NCBI GenBank assembly: GCA_018398765.1 | Contig: JAHBMJ010000179.1 | Coordinates: 62,001-126,000, forward strand | Origin: Chromera velia | Lineage: Eukaryota | Length of the DNA stretch: 64,000 nucleotides | Direction of reading: 5' to 3' | Shown here: in pieces, positions 12,497 to 25,034 of the stretch | Layout of the letters: each line of letters starts with the position of its first letter | Position numbering within the stretch: position 1 is the first letter of the stretch | The notes under the pieces: model-generated | What the model was told of the DNA's origin: nothing | The model's database searches: none | The model's input: only the letters and a program-made list of their open reading frames with translations | Made by a program: the position numbers and the translations under genes

Positions 12497-15400
12497 TCAC
12501 TTGGTCCTCGAACCGCACCAGCCACAAGAATCTGGAGGGACCAGAAAAGGGAGGAGCGGGGCCAGAGAGGCTGCTTCAGGCATGCGCAACGTAAGTCGCG
12601 TGCAGAGCGGACATTCTGCAGGCAGCAGAAAGGAGAAAGAGAGAGCAACGAATTGAAGCAAAAATATTTCTTTCTTGTCTGCATGCATGGAGAACTGAAC
12701 AAATGAAAGGCACTGTTTGCGCTGATTGAACAAAGCCTTCGATCGATGTGAAGTGTGCTGAAGGGAGCGGAGCTGTGGGGGCAAATCGCTTCACGATCTC
12801 TCTCTGGAAGCACAAGCATAGAGAGAATGGGCATGCTCATCTGGGACCTTTTCGGCGTACTCAGGCAGCCCGGCTGGCTGGTATTTTCATGAAAGCAGCC
12901 CCTTTTGCCAGGACGATTCCAGATGAGTGTATTGTACAATACAGTCAAGTCAGAGCTCTTCCAGATTCCTTTGCTGGAAGGAACACCTGCCTGACGGTTG
13001 GTTGGACTGACGGTTGGACTCCTCCATGATCAATGGGATGCCTGTGGCAGCACAGGCAGGGACAGCGAGCCCTCCAAGGAGAAGATCGTCTGGGCTGTCC
13101 GCGTTCCCTCCTTCTCCCCCCCCCCCTCTCTCTCCCTTCGACCCCCTTCCTCTCGACCCACTCATCTGAGTCTGCTGAGTCTTCTTCGCCCTCTCCCTGT
13201 ACACCAACAGCCTCTCGTCAGACCGCAACCAGATTGCAGAAGAAGAAGAAGAGGAAGATGGAGGGGAGGAAGAAGACGAAGGAGAAGCAGCAGGAGCTGC
13301 TTGGGCTTCCCCTTCTCCCTGACGTCCCTTGCCTCCTTTGCCCCTCCCACTCGCGCTCCGAGGGACAGCAGCGGACGCAGAGGAGGAGGAAGAGGAAGAG
13401 GAGGAGGGTTCGGCAGATGCAACAGCAGCAGCACCGCTAATGTCAGCGCATTCCTCCGAGGGAAGCGCCAGAGAGATTTTCTTCTCCCGACAGACTCGCA
13501 GTCTCGACTGTTGCCGTACTCGCTGCGCAGAAATAAACACAATACAGAGCAGGACATACACAGAATCCGCTGCCGAGAAGTGGACAGAAACGTTCGACAG
13601 TGTACCGTTGGCAATTCCTGATAGGTGCATTCATTCTCAGGGCAGCGTCAGGAGAGGAATGCTGGCTCATGATTGGAGCTTTATGAAGACAAGGAGACAG
13701 GGAATTGAATCAAACAAAAGACCGACCCTTGAAGCCAACCCCCGGTGCACAGGACCAAAAAAGTCCCCAACCAAATCGTCGGCCTCCTTTTGACCCTCTC
13801 TCCCCAGAGAGCCCTCCAGGTCCGAAACCAACGCATCCACCTCCCGCCAGTAGCCCACAGACAGCACTCCGAGAAGTCTCTTCAGACAATTTTTCTCACT
13901 CAGGCCAGCCAGACCTGCGCCTGCTCACATCAAACAAATCAGACAGAGACGAAAAATCCGGATCGTCTGCTGTTTCATGCACGTCTAGGCTGCTCTACAT
14001 CAACAGCTTACAGAGAAGACTGAAGAAAAGATTCTTGGCATGTCGGGGAGCAGCATGAAAAAAAGCTCTAGAGCAAATACTTTTATCAGATCAGGGAGCA
14101 AGCAGGACCGTAAACATGCACCCCGGACAGCGTTTAGAGCCGCAGTGAGGAGGAAAGCCAGGGGAAAGCAGAAAGTGCCAGCGAACAGACAAAGAGAAAT
14201 ACGCTCATGTACACTATATTTTTCCCGACCTTTGAGCAGCCCCTCTGTGTCTCGTCCTTCTTCGTCTTCCTCGTCCAATGGATGAATGACGAAAGCGCCG
14301 CTGTCTCTCTGTCCCTTCATCCTCCCTCCCCTCTCTCTGTGTGCTGTCCTGTGACCATTTTTCTCCCTTTCGGGAACTGCAAATGGAGAAACGGAAGCAG
14401 CCGCACCCTTTGCTTTTCGCCCTGTGTCCTTCCCCTTTCGTGAACTTGCCCGCGAGACTTCTCTCTGCGGGCCCCCACTCCCCCCCCTTTGCCCCTGTTC
14501 AGTCCCCTCCTCTAGCTTCACACGCACAACCGGGCTTTCCTCTTCAGAGGAGCTCCCTTCCTCGTCCTCCGTCCCCTGTACTGACGAGAGGAGGGCCCGA
14601 CGGGACACCCCTGTGAGCACCTCTGCCACTGCGTTGACGGCCCTAGAGAACAGAACACCCCCCCGCCTGCCCCACAGAAAACTCTGGGAGGGTATGGGAG
14701 AAGACACGGTTGGGGGGGCAGAAGAGGAAGAAGACCGAGACTTGCCCTGTCTCGATTTTGGGCCTAGGGGTGAAGGGGGAACAGGAGAGCTGTCAAGCTG
14801 ACTATACCGACTTACAGCCCCCATAGAGTCTCTCAGTTCACCTGCAGCAGCACGAAGCAGCTGCTCCATCTCTTTGTGCTTCTCTGCCCCTCTATTCGCC
14901 CTGGATGCCGATGGGAGAGATGGTCCATTCGAATCGGTTAGGCGAAGCGGACCATTCTCCTCTTTCTGTCGAACAACTGACTGTGCATCCTGTCCATTCA
15001 AAGCCGCCGAAACAGAAGCGGGACCACACGCAACGTCAAACACAGCCAAGAGAGAGGCTAGCAAGTCTGCCCACGAGGGAAAAGTCGGACTGGATGTGCC
15101 TCGTTGAACAGAGACGGATCTGTCAGCTCTGTCTGGCGTTTCTTGGTCCAAAATAATAGTGGCTGCATCTGCTGTGGTCCCCTCAAGAGGACCCCCTGTA
15201 TCTGTCTCTCCAATCGTCTCTAACAAGAGACGCGCAACCCCGGTACTTCCCTCAGAGGCTCGCAATGGACTCTGGGGAGGCTTCGGGGGGGCGGCCCCAG
15301 AAGATGTTTCTCTTCGTCTCTTTCGACCTCGTGCAGCGCTACTGCTGCTCTCAGCTGCACTCTCTGAGGAAGCTGTTGGTTTCTCCTCAAGAAACGAGAA

Positions 15401-18400
15401 GACCAGGGAGGCGAGCAAAGTGGCAATGGAGTCGTGCATCTGCGCGGTGTCTTTCAGACAACGCATCAAATTAGGGACCGCTGCGGCACTGTCAGTCTGC
15501 CAATGGATCCCTGTCCCTGCGATAGCGAGGGGATCATCATCCCCCTCTCTCTCTCCCCCGGCTGTATATCCGTACAAACTGGTGGGGTCCCATTTTGCCC
15601 TACTCACCTGACTGGTCCCCTTCCAATCTCCTCCGTCTTCTTCTTTCTTAACAAGAGCGCGTTTCTTCTTCTCAAATCGTTCTGTGACCTCACGAAGGAG
15701 AAACGGAGGGAGGGAGACTCGGGGGACCGAGAGAGAGTGGCGGGTCGACGCAGACCCCCACAAAGCCCACTGGAAGCTCATCAGATCTAGAGACAGGCAG
15801 GGAGGAGGAGAGGGAGATCTACAGGGCGGAGTGCTAGAGCTGTTTCCATTCACGTGGGGGGAGGGTTTCTGTACAGACCCCTGTGGACCCCCCCAGGCTT
15901 CAAGGGCTTCTGCGGCTCTCCAGAAGAAATCACTGAGACACCGTATGAGTACGAACAGCGGCCTGACGGGGGACGGACCCGCACAGACCGTCAGGCGTCT
16001 GGTTGCTGGGTTTCGGACAAGTGAGACTATGCAAGGCTGGTCTGCACGAGCGTGGAAGCCTGCAGGGAGACAGACAGCACGGCACATGCCAGGGAAACCG
16101 AGAAAAAAATGAAGAAGCCATGCACCCACCCACACAGGAAACAAGCACGTCGATGGACAGAGGAAAGTGAAGGAAGTTAGAATTGAGAGAAGGGCACGAG
16201 AAGCGTCGCAGGGCACGCTCAAGGAAAGAGAGTCGGGAGGAAAGAAAGATACGGGACAGGTTTTGTGTGACTGAGAGAGACAGCGAGTGAGAAACCGTAA
16301 GGTAAAGGGGTACAAACATTCGACAGACGGGAAGAACTTTCTACCACGCAAAATTTCTGCTTGTGCAAAATTGGGAAAGGGGAAAAAAAAACAAAAACGA
16401 GGAGGCAAAATAAATGACATGTGGACGCACTTGTACAGGCAGGACCGGCGTTACTCGCACCATCTCTCCTTTTTGTCACGACAGCATCATCCTGCGCCTC
16501 GGTCTCTCTCCCAGACCCTCTCGCGGCTTCTCGCCGCCTGCTCAAGCCTGCAGCTGCAGCTGCCTCATGACCGCCTCTCCTTTTCCCTTGTTCTCTTTCC
16601 CTCCCCATTTCCTCCTTTGTTCTTACTTCAGAACTCGGCCCTTCCACGGCGCCCCCTTCCTCTGGAGACGAGTGCCCCAGAAACCCTGCATGCATGTGAG
16701 AGTACACAACAGGCAAGGAAAAGAAAGATACAGGTAGAAACGAGCAACTGTACTGGCTGAGAGACTGAGAAAGAGAGAGAGCGTGAATGACTTGACCTAC
16801 CTGTCCTCGAACAAAGTGGAGATGGATGCATGCGTCGATGTTTGGGTGTCTGTGCGCGTTTTGTTTGAAAGGGGGGAATTCCAACCAGAACCCCGCAGAC
16901 AGTTCGGCTTGCAGGCGGGAGGAACGCAGGCACGGTATCTCGGGGGGCTCCTCGAAATGAAATGAAGAAGCGGCTGGGGACGTGAATGAATAAATAGATG
17001 CATGCACACACTGGTCGGTCTGGCATACTGCCGGCCTTCCACGGACCGCCGACTGCGTCCAGCAGAAAAGCATACAAAGAGAAAAGACGCGAAGGTGGAC
17101 GAATGTTCTAGGAAGAAGACAATAAAGTCAAAGGAGCGAAAACAAGAGTTGCAGAGTGGCTAACAACAAATTGACTGACCTCCTGCGAATTCTTTCTCTT
17201 CATCTCGGTCTTTTCCCTTCAAAGGGACGAGAGGACTGTGCGACCCTTTCAATCCTCCAGCCCTGCTGGTCACCTCCCTCAATTTTAGTGACCCGTCTCC
17301 CACCGAGACCTCCCAGAGATACAATCGGGATCCTTCTCCACGTGCCATTAATACGGCACACACTTGTGACCCGCCCTCTCTTCCTTCCCCTTCAAGCAAA
17401 CGCGTCCACTCGCCTCCCTTCCAGAACCATGCGACTCGAACTGACCTCAATGTCTCGTCCCAACCGAGATTCTCCCCCCTATCAACACTTCTCCAAACAG
17501 AAAACGACCCCCCCTCACCACCTGACGAAACAACAGCCACGCACAGGCAACGACCTCGACACAAGGCCAACAAAAGAACAGACCGAGGGGAACCTCCATG
17601 AAGATCCGATTTGGGACCTCTCGGAGTAACGTCTACACACGCAAAGTCACCTTGAAGAATGGGAGCACGTACACTTCCCTTCCAGCTCACTGACCCGAGG
17701 TTCAGGATCTCACATACGGTCCCCTTCCCCTTCCCGCCTACCCCCTCTAGCTCAGACTCCGCCCACATGAACTCAAAAGGAGAGGTGGAGGGACTTTTCA
17801 CACCCCGCGTACACTCTTCTCTGTGCAGATGGGGCGACAGATCTCTTTTCATCTGCTCCGCAGTGCGAAAGCTGAGTCGGAATCTGACCCAGAGACAGGT
17901 AAAAAAACCGTCAGAGTCGCCAATGACCAAGCGCACAGACACACTTCGACTCTCTCCTTTCCCTGCCTCCTCTGATGCACTCCCACTCAGGTCGGACATG
18001 CCCACGGCACTCACCCGTCGTGTGCGAGCCTTGCAGGGCAACAACAAACGAAGCGGCCGCGCAACCACCGAAGGATTCCAGAGTCCCCCTTCTCCCCCTT
18101 CTCCTGACAATTCAACAGGGCACACACCGACAAGCCAGAGAGACAGCCAGTGCCCGTGACTGCACAACAACAACACACCACTGAAAACTCCTGATACTGA
18201 TCCCTGTTCCTTCTCTCCACTTTGCACTCTCACACTTCCACCCCTTCCCCCACTCGCATGCCTCATTTCTAGTCGGAGTGCGGCTTTTGAAAAGACACAG
18301 GGCCCCGACCCCAGCCCCACTTGGGGCCCCTCCTCTAACGCTGGCGGCGCCTCCCACGTATCCGTTTCCCCTGCTGCATGGGGTGTCCAGAAATCAGGGC

Positions 18401-19760
18401 CCCCGTTTTCTCGGGGAGTAGCGGTCAGAGCACTCAGAGCTCCGCTGAGGTCAAAAACGAGCGGGAGCTGCAAGCACAACGAAAAAAGAAATAAACGAAG
18501 GCACGGAACGGCTTGGGAGGAAACCCACGCGGAGGAGCGGAGAACAAACCGCCAAGGCGTCTCAGTGGGGGTGAGGGACAGGGGCGATGGAGATCACGAA
18601 AGGAAGGAAGGGGCAAGCCAAAAAAGATGTCGTAAGGAATGAAAAGATCAAAAGCAGACTGGAGGGGAGCTACGGGGCAAGAAGGAAGGAAGGAAGGAAG
18701 GAAGGAAGGAGGAAACAAAAAAGAAAAGAACGAGAGCCAGAAGGAAAGAGAAGGGTCAAATAGTAAAATCATGAACGAACGCACAAGGAACTCGAAAGGT
18801 GCCGAGACGAAAAGGCGGGAACAAGAGAGAAGGCACGCAAAAGAAGAAGCCCAAAAGCCCAAGCCCTGGCCGGAAACGACGAAAGGAATTTTTCCTCGTC
18901 GCGTGAACACCAAAGGAAAAAGGCCGACCTCTTCCCCCAGATGTGCTCCTCGACTTCCGTGCAGCGTCAGGTATCCATCCACAGTCTGGACTGCCAACAG
19001 AGGCCCCTGAACTCGGAAGGGAGGCACCGAGACAGAGTGCTGCTGCTGTTCTTCGTGCTTCCCACCTTCCTTTGCTTTACCGTCTCTCTCTCCCATTTCC
19101 TCCCGACTCAGTGAGAGCGCGGGAACGCTGTACAAGGGGGGAGATGAGACTACTGAAACGAACCTGCAGCAACCAGGTGAGAGAGAACACGGCAAGACAG
19201 GAAGAACCGAGGTCGAGTGAGAGAAAAAAATACGAAACATTCTTTTGGGTCCTAACGCTAGTCTTTATGAGACGACTGCGAACAAGCACAACAAGAAAGA
19301 AACGGGAGACTGCAAAAAATCAGAGCAGAGAAAGAATTTACTGTGTCATCTAGCTACGAACTCACAGCCGTCTCCTGAGGTCCATGAATCCACGCACTGT
19401 GTAGTTGGCAAATTCTTGAGCACTTTCAAGAGTTCTCACGTTTCCAAGAAGAACATCGCTGAAAGTTCCTTCCTTCTTGAACAGGAATAGGGCCCTCAAT
19501 CCGTTCTTTCTCTCCGTTTCCAGAGAGTCGTCAGTCCGGAAGGAACGAGACCCCTTCACAATGGCCTCAAGCCCTGGGAATGCGGAATCTTCAAACACTT
19601 GAAAAATCGAGGAGCTACGGACTAGAAAGACCCGGTCTTGAATCATGAGCTTGAAATCACCTTCTTCTGAGTGCTCCATTTGAACCTCTGCGTATGTGGG
19701 AGCGACAAAAGTCACCCCTGTAGACAGAACAGAGGGCACTTTGCCTCCCCCCCAGATCAT
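12497..19760 (-). CDS. Large multi-exon protein, probable RNA Pol III factor TFIIIC subunit 4 (GTF3C4/Tfc8/Sfc9-like)
   Basis: The spliced N-terminal segment PLLAVQTVDGYLTLHGSRGAHLGEE|LPLVFDLSGAL resembles the LLAV.T..G.V.LY...DLS..L motif of GTF3C4. The spliced C-terminus (donor after 13012, last exon 12615-12497) reads ACAATGIPLIMEESNQCPLCTR...PDSCGWCGSRTK*, resembling the zf-TFIIIC zinc finger. Long open exons lie at ~17180-18467 and ~14200-16060. The start and some internal exon ends are uncertain. Confidence 0.6.
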
Positions 19761-19899
19761 CCTGGTTTTTAAGACCGGGCGGGGCTCACTCTTTGGAGTT
19801 TCAGTGTAAAGTCAAAGCAAAGAATCACAATATTTTTTCATGCTCAGCCTCGCTGAAGCAGAACTTGCCAAACTGTAAGAGGATTTGGAAACACAAAAG

Positions 19900-20280
19900 A
19901 TCCCGGCCCGGCCGGCGGCCGACACGTCTCGTTCGCCGAGCTGAATTTGACTGAATGGCCGGAGCTTCATGAAAGGAGCAGAAGTTCCATTGCCGTCTAC
20001 CACCTCATCATCACGATGGTTTAACATGGCTGCCTTAGGACCTGGCTCCCTTCTTTTTTCAATGCTCACTGCTGAAAGATGCTGAAAGGTGGAGACGGGT
20101 TGCACTGGCGTTCGAAAGAGTGTGTGGGCCGCGGCCGGGATCTATCGCCGCGGCGCGGCGGGCCGGTCCCAACATCGTGGCCCCTTGGCTTTCGCAGTGA
20201 AATTCGCACACGAAATCACGTCGAGAAACCGAACGATCCGGCAAAAGTTTGGGGACTTTGAACTTCCCTTCCGCTCTTGA
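19900..20280. promoter_or_regulatory. Bidirectional promoter with GC-rich palindromes and a pyrimidine tract before RPL28
   Basis: CCGGCCCGGCCGG at ~19902 and GCCGCGGC repeats at ~20128-20166. CTTCCCTTCCGCTCTT at 20263-20278 is 5'TOP-like (inference). Confidence 0.5.
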
Positions 20281-20299
20281 AGACAAAAGGGCATTCAAG

Positions 20300-20818
20300 A
20301 TGGCAATGAACAACGGAGCGTCTGCGGACTTGATTTGGGAGTGTGTGAAGCACAACTCCTGCTTCATCCGCAAGCAGAAGTCCAATGGCACCATCTTCAC
20401 CAAGGAGCCTGGCAATCTTATGGGGCTGAACAAGTACAAGTTCAGTGGCATTGCCAACCCCAAGGCCGTGGACATGTCCAGCAAGAAGGGCAAGGTGGTC
20501 ATGAAGCTCACCAACCAGAAGAAAGACAGGTATGTACAGCGGAGATCAGGTGGTGGGTTCTGAGTTTTATTTCTTGACGAGCATGCAGCTTCTTGTGCAT
20601 TTCTGATCTCTTTCGCTACACAGTCTGACTTCCTCTAACATTCGTGGCACACCTGCAGACACCCCAAGACCGCCTCTATCCCTCGTGTCCTCCACAACGA
20701 CCGCAAGAAGGTGAACTCCAAACTGTACGAAGTCGCCAAGCAGAGACCCGACCTCTACCCTGTCGTGGAGAAGAGATACTTCCGCCTCCGCGGTCTTCAG
20801 GCAAAGAAGGCCGACTGA
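20300..20818 (+). CDS. RPL28: 60S ribosomal protein eL28, 2 exons
   Basis: Exons 20300-20529 and 20659-20818: MAMNNGASADLIWECVKHNSCFIRKQ...FTKEPGNLMGLNKYKFSGIANPKAV...RPDLYPVVEKRYFRL. Confidence 0.95.
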
Positions 20819-21849
20819 GCAGTAGCACCAGGGAGAAGCCGTGAGAGCAAGCGGAAGGAGAGGACAGGAGAAGACTAGGGGAGCATGTGGCATGTCATAG
20901 GCAGACGACATATATCACGATAGAGCCGACGGCGTGCTTCAAACTTGCAGACCCCCCATCAATGCCCTTGATCTGATCTGAATATCTTTGCTTTATTTAT
21001 GCTTTACTCTTGCGATCCCTAATTCCGCTTTCTTCTGCATTCTCCCCCCTCTTTCATTGTCGTCTCTGTCCGTTTGTCTGCCTGCCTGTCTACCTTCTTC
21101 CCTGCCTGCTTGCCCTGCTGTCAGTCTGCTCCTTCCGCCTTCTGCCCCTGCCTCCCTGCGTGTGTTGACCGAGCTCAGTGATTAGTCCATGAGTTGTGGT
21201 TGTCTGATTCGCTTCTTTTGTTTTCTTCTGTACGGGTGTGCGCTTGCGTCCGTCTGCCATCGTAAATTTCAGGTTCAATCGCAGCGAGGCAAAGCAAAAA
21301 GCTTATCTTTCCGTTTTGATCTCTCGTTGTGTCGACAGCCATGTCGACCCGTTCTTAGTCTGTTTGCTTTTCTGTTGGGTATCAAGTGGTAGTGTCATTT
21401 TCATTTTTCAAACCTTGTTGGCAGCTTTTTTTTGCCAGAATTTCGATTTTTTTTTTTGGGAAGTCTGTTCATGTTACCCAAGTTGACTCTATCCATGTGT
21501 GAGTTGCTCTTGTCGCTTCCTCACCGCCCTCAGACAGCCCCGTCGAAATGCCCTCACTGTCTTGATTGCTGCCATCTTCATGTTCAGTACGTCTTGCTGC
21601 CTTCCTGCCTTCCTGCCTGCCTGCCTGCCTGCCTGCGCGTGCCTGACAAGAGCCTCTGTCTGTACATCCATTTGCTGCCTGTGCTGTCTGTGTGTTTGTT
21701 TATTCTTCATCTGCTTTCTAAAGGTATGACGGGATGAAGGAAGGAGTGGCGGGCCTTCTGTGAGAAACGTTAAGTGGGGACTGAAGCGAGAGGGTCGCCA
21801 TTTCAGAGTTGCAGGGAGTTGGTAAACGAACGCCACGCTGCCCATCTCC

Positions 21850-21899
21850 TGCGTGCGTGCGTGTGCGCGTGCGTGCGCCTGTGTGTGCGTGCGTGCGTG

Positions 21900-21931
<32 letters not shown>

Positions 21932-21981
21932 CGTGTGTGTGTATGTGTGCGTGCGTGTGTGTGTGTGTGTAAGTGAGTGAA

Positions 21982-22019
<38 letters not shown>

Positions 22020-22073
22020 CACGTGTGAGAGTAAATGTGCGTGTGTTCACGTGTGAGAGTAAATGTGCGTGTG

Positions 22074-22113
<40 letters not shown>

Positions 22114-22204
22114 ATGTGTGTGCGTGTGCGTGCGTGCCTGTGCCTGTGCCTCTGTGTGTGCCTGTGCCTCTGCCTGTGTGCCTGAGCCTGTGCCTGTGCC
22201 TCTG

Positions 22205-22236
<32 letters not shown>

Positions 22237-22310
22237 GTTGAGTGTGCGTATATGCGTGGGTGGGTGCACATGCGAACGTGCGTGTGCGTGTGCGTGTGCG
22301 TGTGCGTGCG
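21850..22310. repeat. Long alternating purine-pyrimidine (GT/GC) and GTGCCT microsatellite
   Basis: Direct reading; it contains an internal duplicate GTGTGTTCACGTGTGAGAGTAAATGTGCGTGT. Confidence 0.95.
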
Positions 22311-22904
22311 TTCTGTTTATGTAACTGCCATCTGAATCATATAGACTGAATGTCTGTTTCTTCTAAGAATCTTCTTTTAGTTTTCTTTTTTCTTTTCCTC
22401 AGGCTGTCGTAAGAACGTCTCTGAATTTCGCTATATGTATTCGTCTCTCTGTGCTGCCTGTGCATGGGTCTAGGCATGGGTGGACCTCTTTTCCGCAAGT
22501 CCGGCCTAGAGTCTGTCCTTGTGTCTGTTCCTGTATATGACTAGGTATATGATTGATTGATTTGATTGATTGATTGATATGATGTATTCCGAGTCTTTTG
22601 ATCCGTATTTTCTAGCGTATACTGGCGTATTTTGAATACCAGTGCAAGAGTTAATGCCAAAGTTTGCCACATAGAATGCCAATATATACTATATGTACCT
22701 GTATCTCCTGAGAGTTATACATGTATTATCATTAAAAATTATATCATAGCCTGCATGTATGTAAACACTCATAACATATAGCGTTAAACGCCGTTAATCT
22801 AACCATTAATTCTAGTGATGAGCCTAGCGATGACGCTGACGAGCATTGATTGCTATATATTATCTAAGATTCATCTGAAGATTTTTAACTTTAAGGCTAG
22901 CTTT

Positions 22905-23945
22905 CTAGGCGACGCACAGTGGTAAAAAAAAAAAAAATAGACCTTTCCAGATTTTTATTTTTTTTCTTTTTTTCTATGAAGGATTTCCTAGAGCACCTCT
23001 AGGAGCACCTAGAGGAGCACATTTTAGAAGTACTTTTAAACTAACTTCCTCGTGAACTTATTACTCAACTCAAAGTTTTAAACATCTTTCAACCCTAGTT
23101 TCAACCCTAGTTCTAGTTCTAGTTGTTATTGTACGTTTGTCTCTACTAGTGTCTCTACTAGTGTCTTCACCATTCCATCATCAACTTTGTTGAACACGGA
23201 CCAACCGATCTTTTTTCCCTTGTTCAACTGCACTGTCACCAGACTTTTCTCTCTTCTCTTTGTTTTGTGTGTTCGTTTCAGACGGTCCGCGTATTCATCC
23301 GAGAGACGCTGTCAGTTAGATAGACACAGACACAAAGACGCACACACATATACATACGTCTGTGGTGGTTCTCTCAGACACATCTGACGTCCTTCTTGCT
23401 TCCCTCCTCTGAGGGATACTGGGTGATGGACTAAGTGATGGACCAACTGAGTGTGAGAGACGAGGGAGACAGAGGGAGTGACCCGGTCCGTCGTTTCACC
23501 ATTCATGCTAATTGAAAAATGAATGAAGTCTGCGTGTATGGCACTGCACGCAGCGACCATCGCAAAAGGGGATTACAGGGATGAAGGCAAGCAGGCGGGC
23601 GAAGGGAAAAGGGGGCTTTCTTTTGTCCTATGCAAAGAGTGACAAGAAGGATAGATGCATAGATGCAGACAGAAGAGCAGACAGAAGAGAAGTTCTTTGA
23701 CTGACTCTTTAACGATATCTAGGATAATATACATTTCGAAGCTCTAGTCGAAGCTAGTTTTGGTTAATCCTTTTAAGCGTCTACCAAGCTAAAAGTGAAA
23801 CTGGGATCCTAGATATGATTCAAACTCTAGTTGAAGCTAGTCATTTAACCTTTATTTTTTTTTACATATACAATAATTTTTTTTTAAAAAAAACAAAGAA
23901 TAGACGTTTTCATATTTTTTTTTTTTACCACTGTGCGTCGCCTAG
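22905..23945. mobile_element. Non-autonomous DNA transposon (1041 bp) of the same family as 10665-10894, with an 8-bp TSD
   Basis: Perfect TIR CTAGGCGACGCACAGTGGT+A-tract at both ends. TSD CTAGCTTT at 22897-22904 and 23946-23953. Confidence 0.9.
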
Positions 23946-25034
23946 CTAGCTTTAAGGTTCTATTATAGGTTCTACAAAACAATTCATCGATTTCTAGATA
24001 TTTCTACATGAATTTATTAATAATGATAGTGATTTAATTGGTGCCCGATCGATTGATTAAGATTGGATATACATAGTATTCATCATCAGTAATTCTATAT
24101 GTTATAAGTAAACTTATAATCAAATGTCACAGAAGATTTCTGTATATCGTAGTTTACATTAGTCCGCATCAAGCTTTAGATCAAACTCTACACCATCATG
24201 CATGGTGGAAGGACGCCATTTCGTACCGTCAGTATGACGCATACAACTTACACTTATACAAACTTATACCATACCGACACATGATCTACTCTTTTACAGT
24301 CAAACAGATCTACTCTTTCTTGTAGGAACAGAGTACTTTAAACCTTTTTATAATAGAGCTTTTCTAATAGTTTCGCTCCTCTAGTAGAAATGAGTTGCTA
24401 TAGCAAAAAAATGATTTTACATCTTATCGGTATCAAAATGTTCTCTATAATTAAGAAGCTTTCTATACAATCAGCTAATTTCAAGAAAAACAAAACGTTC
24501 ATAAAGAAATAAAACAAGCAAGTGCCTATAATTATTAGACTCCTAGTGAGTTGAGTTTAATTCAACTTTAAATAAAATCTGTGTTTTGCAAAAATAAAAG
24601 ATCCACTTTTGGGGTCAATACCATGGGCGACATAAGTTTTGTATACTCATATTTTGACCTCTCTACCGCCAATAAAATATGACAAGAAGTAAACATTTAT
24701 ACAATTAAATTAGTGAGCTATAACGGTTTCAATCAGATGTTAATTAGGGGTTGTGGGGAGAATGTGTCTGAAATGTAAGTGGATTTATTATTTCTGAAGT
24801 GACCGATCGACCAAGCTTATATAAAAAATAAGATATAAATTTATAATTCAATCTAGCTTTGCCAATTGAGGACGTATGAAGCCAATTACTTTAAAGTAAT
24901 ACTCTATGCTCTATTTACTTCTATTCTAGCCTGTTTGATCCAGTGTCATCAATCAATCAATCAATCAATCAATCTTCAAAAACGAAACTTCGCCAACTCT
25001 ACAAAAAAATATACAATACTTTTATCGCCCATGG

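Noticed and set aside
23087..23112. Telomere-like AACCCTA repeats
   Set aside because: Only a 13-bp local tandem duplication inside a transposon arm.
22891..23955. Kolobok/piggyBac (TTAA) or Transib (CACAGTG, CGNCG) interpretation of the element
   Set aside because: The perfect 8-bp TSD at the CTAGGC termini, mirrored in the second element, fixes the ends. The outer symmetry comes from a near-palindromic target site.
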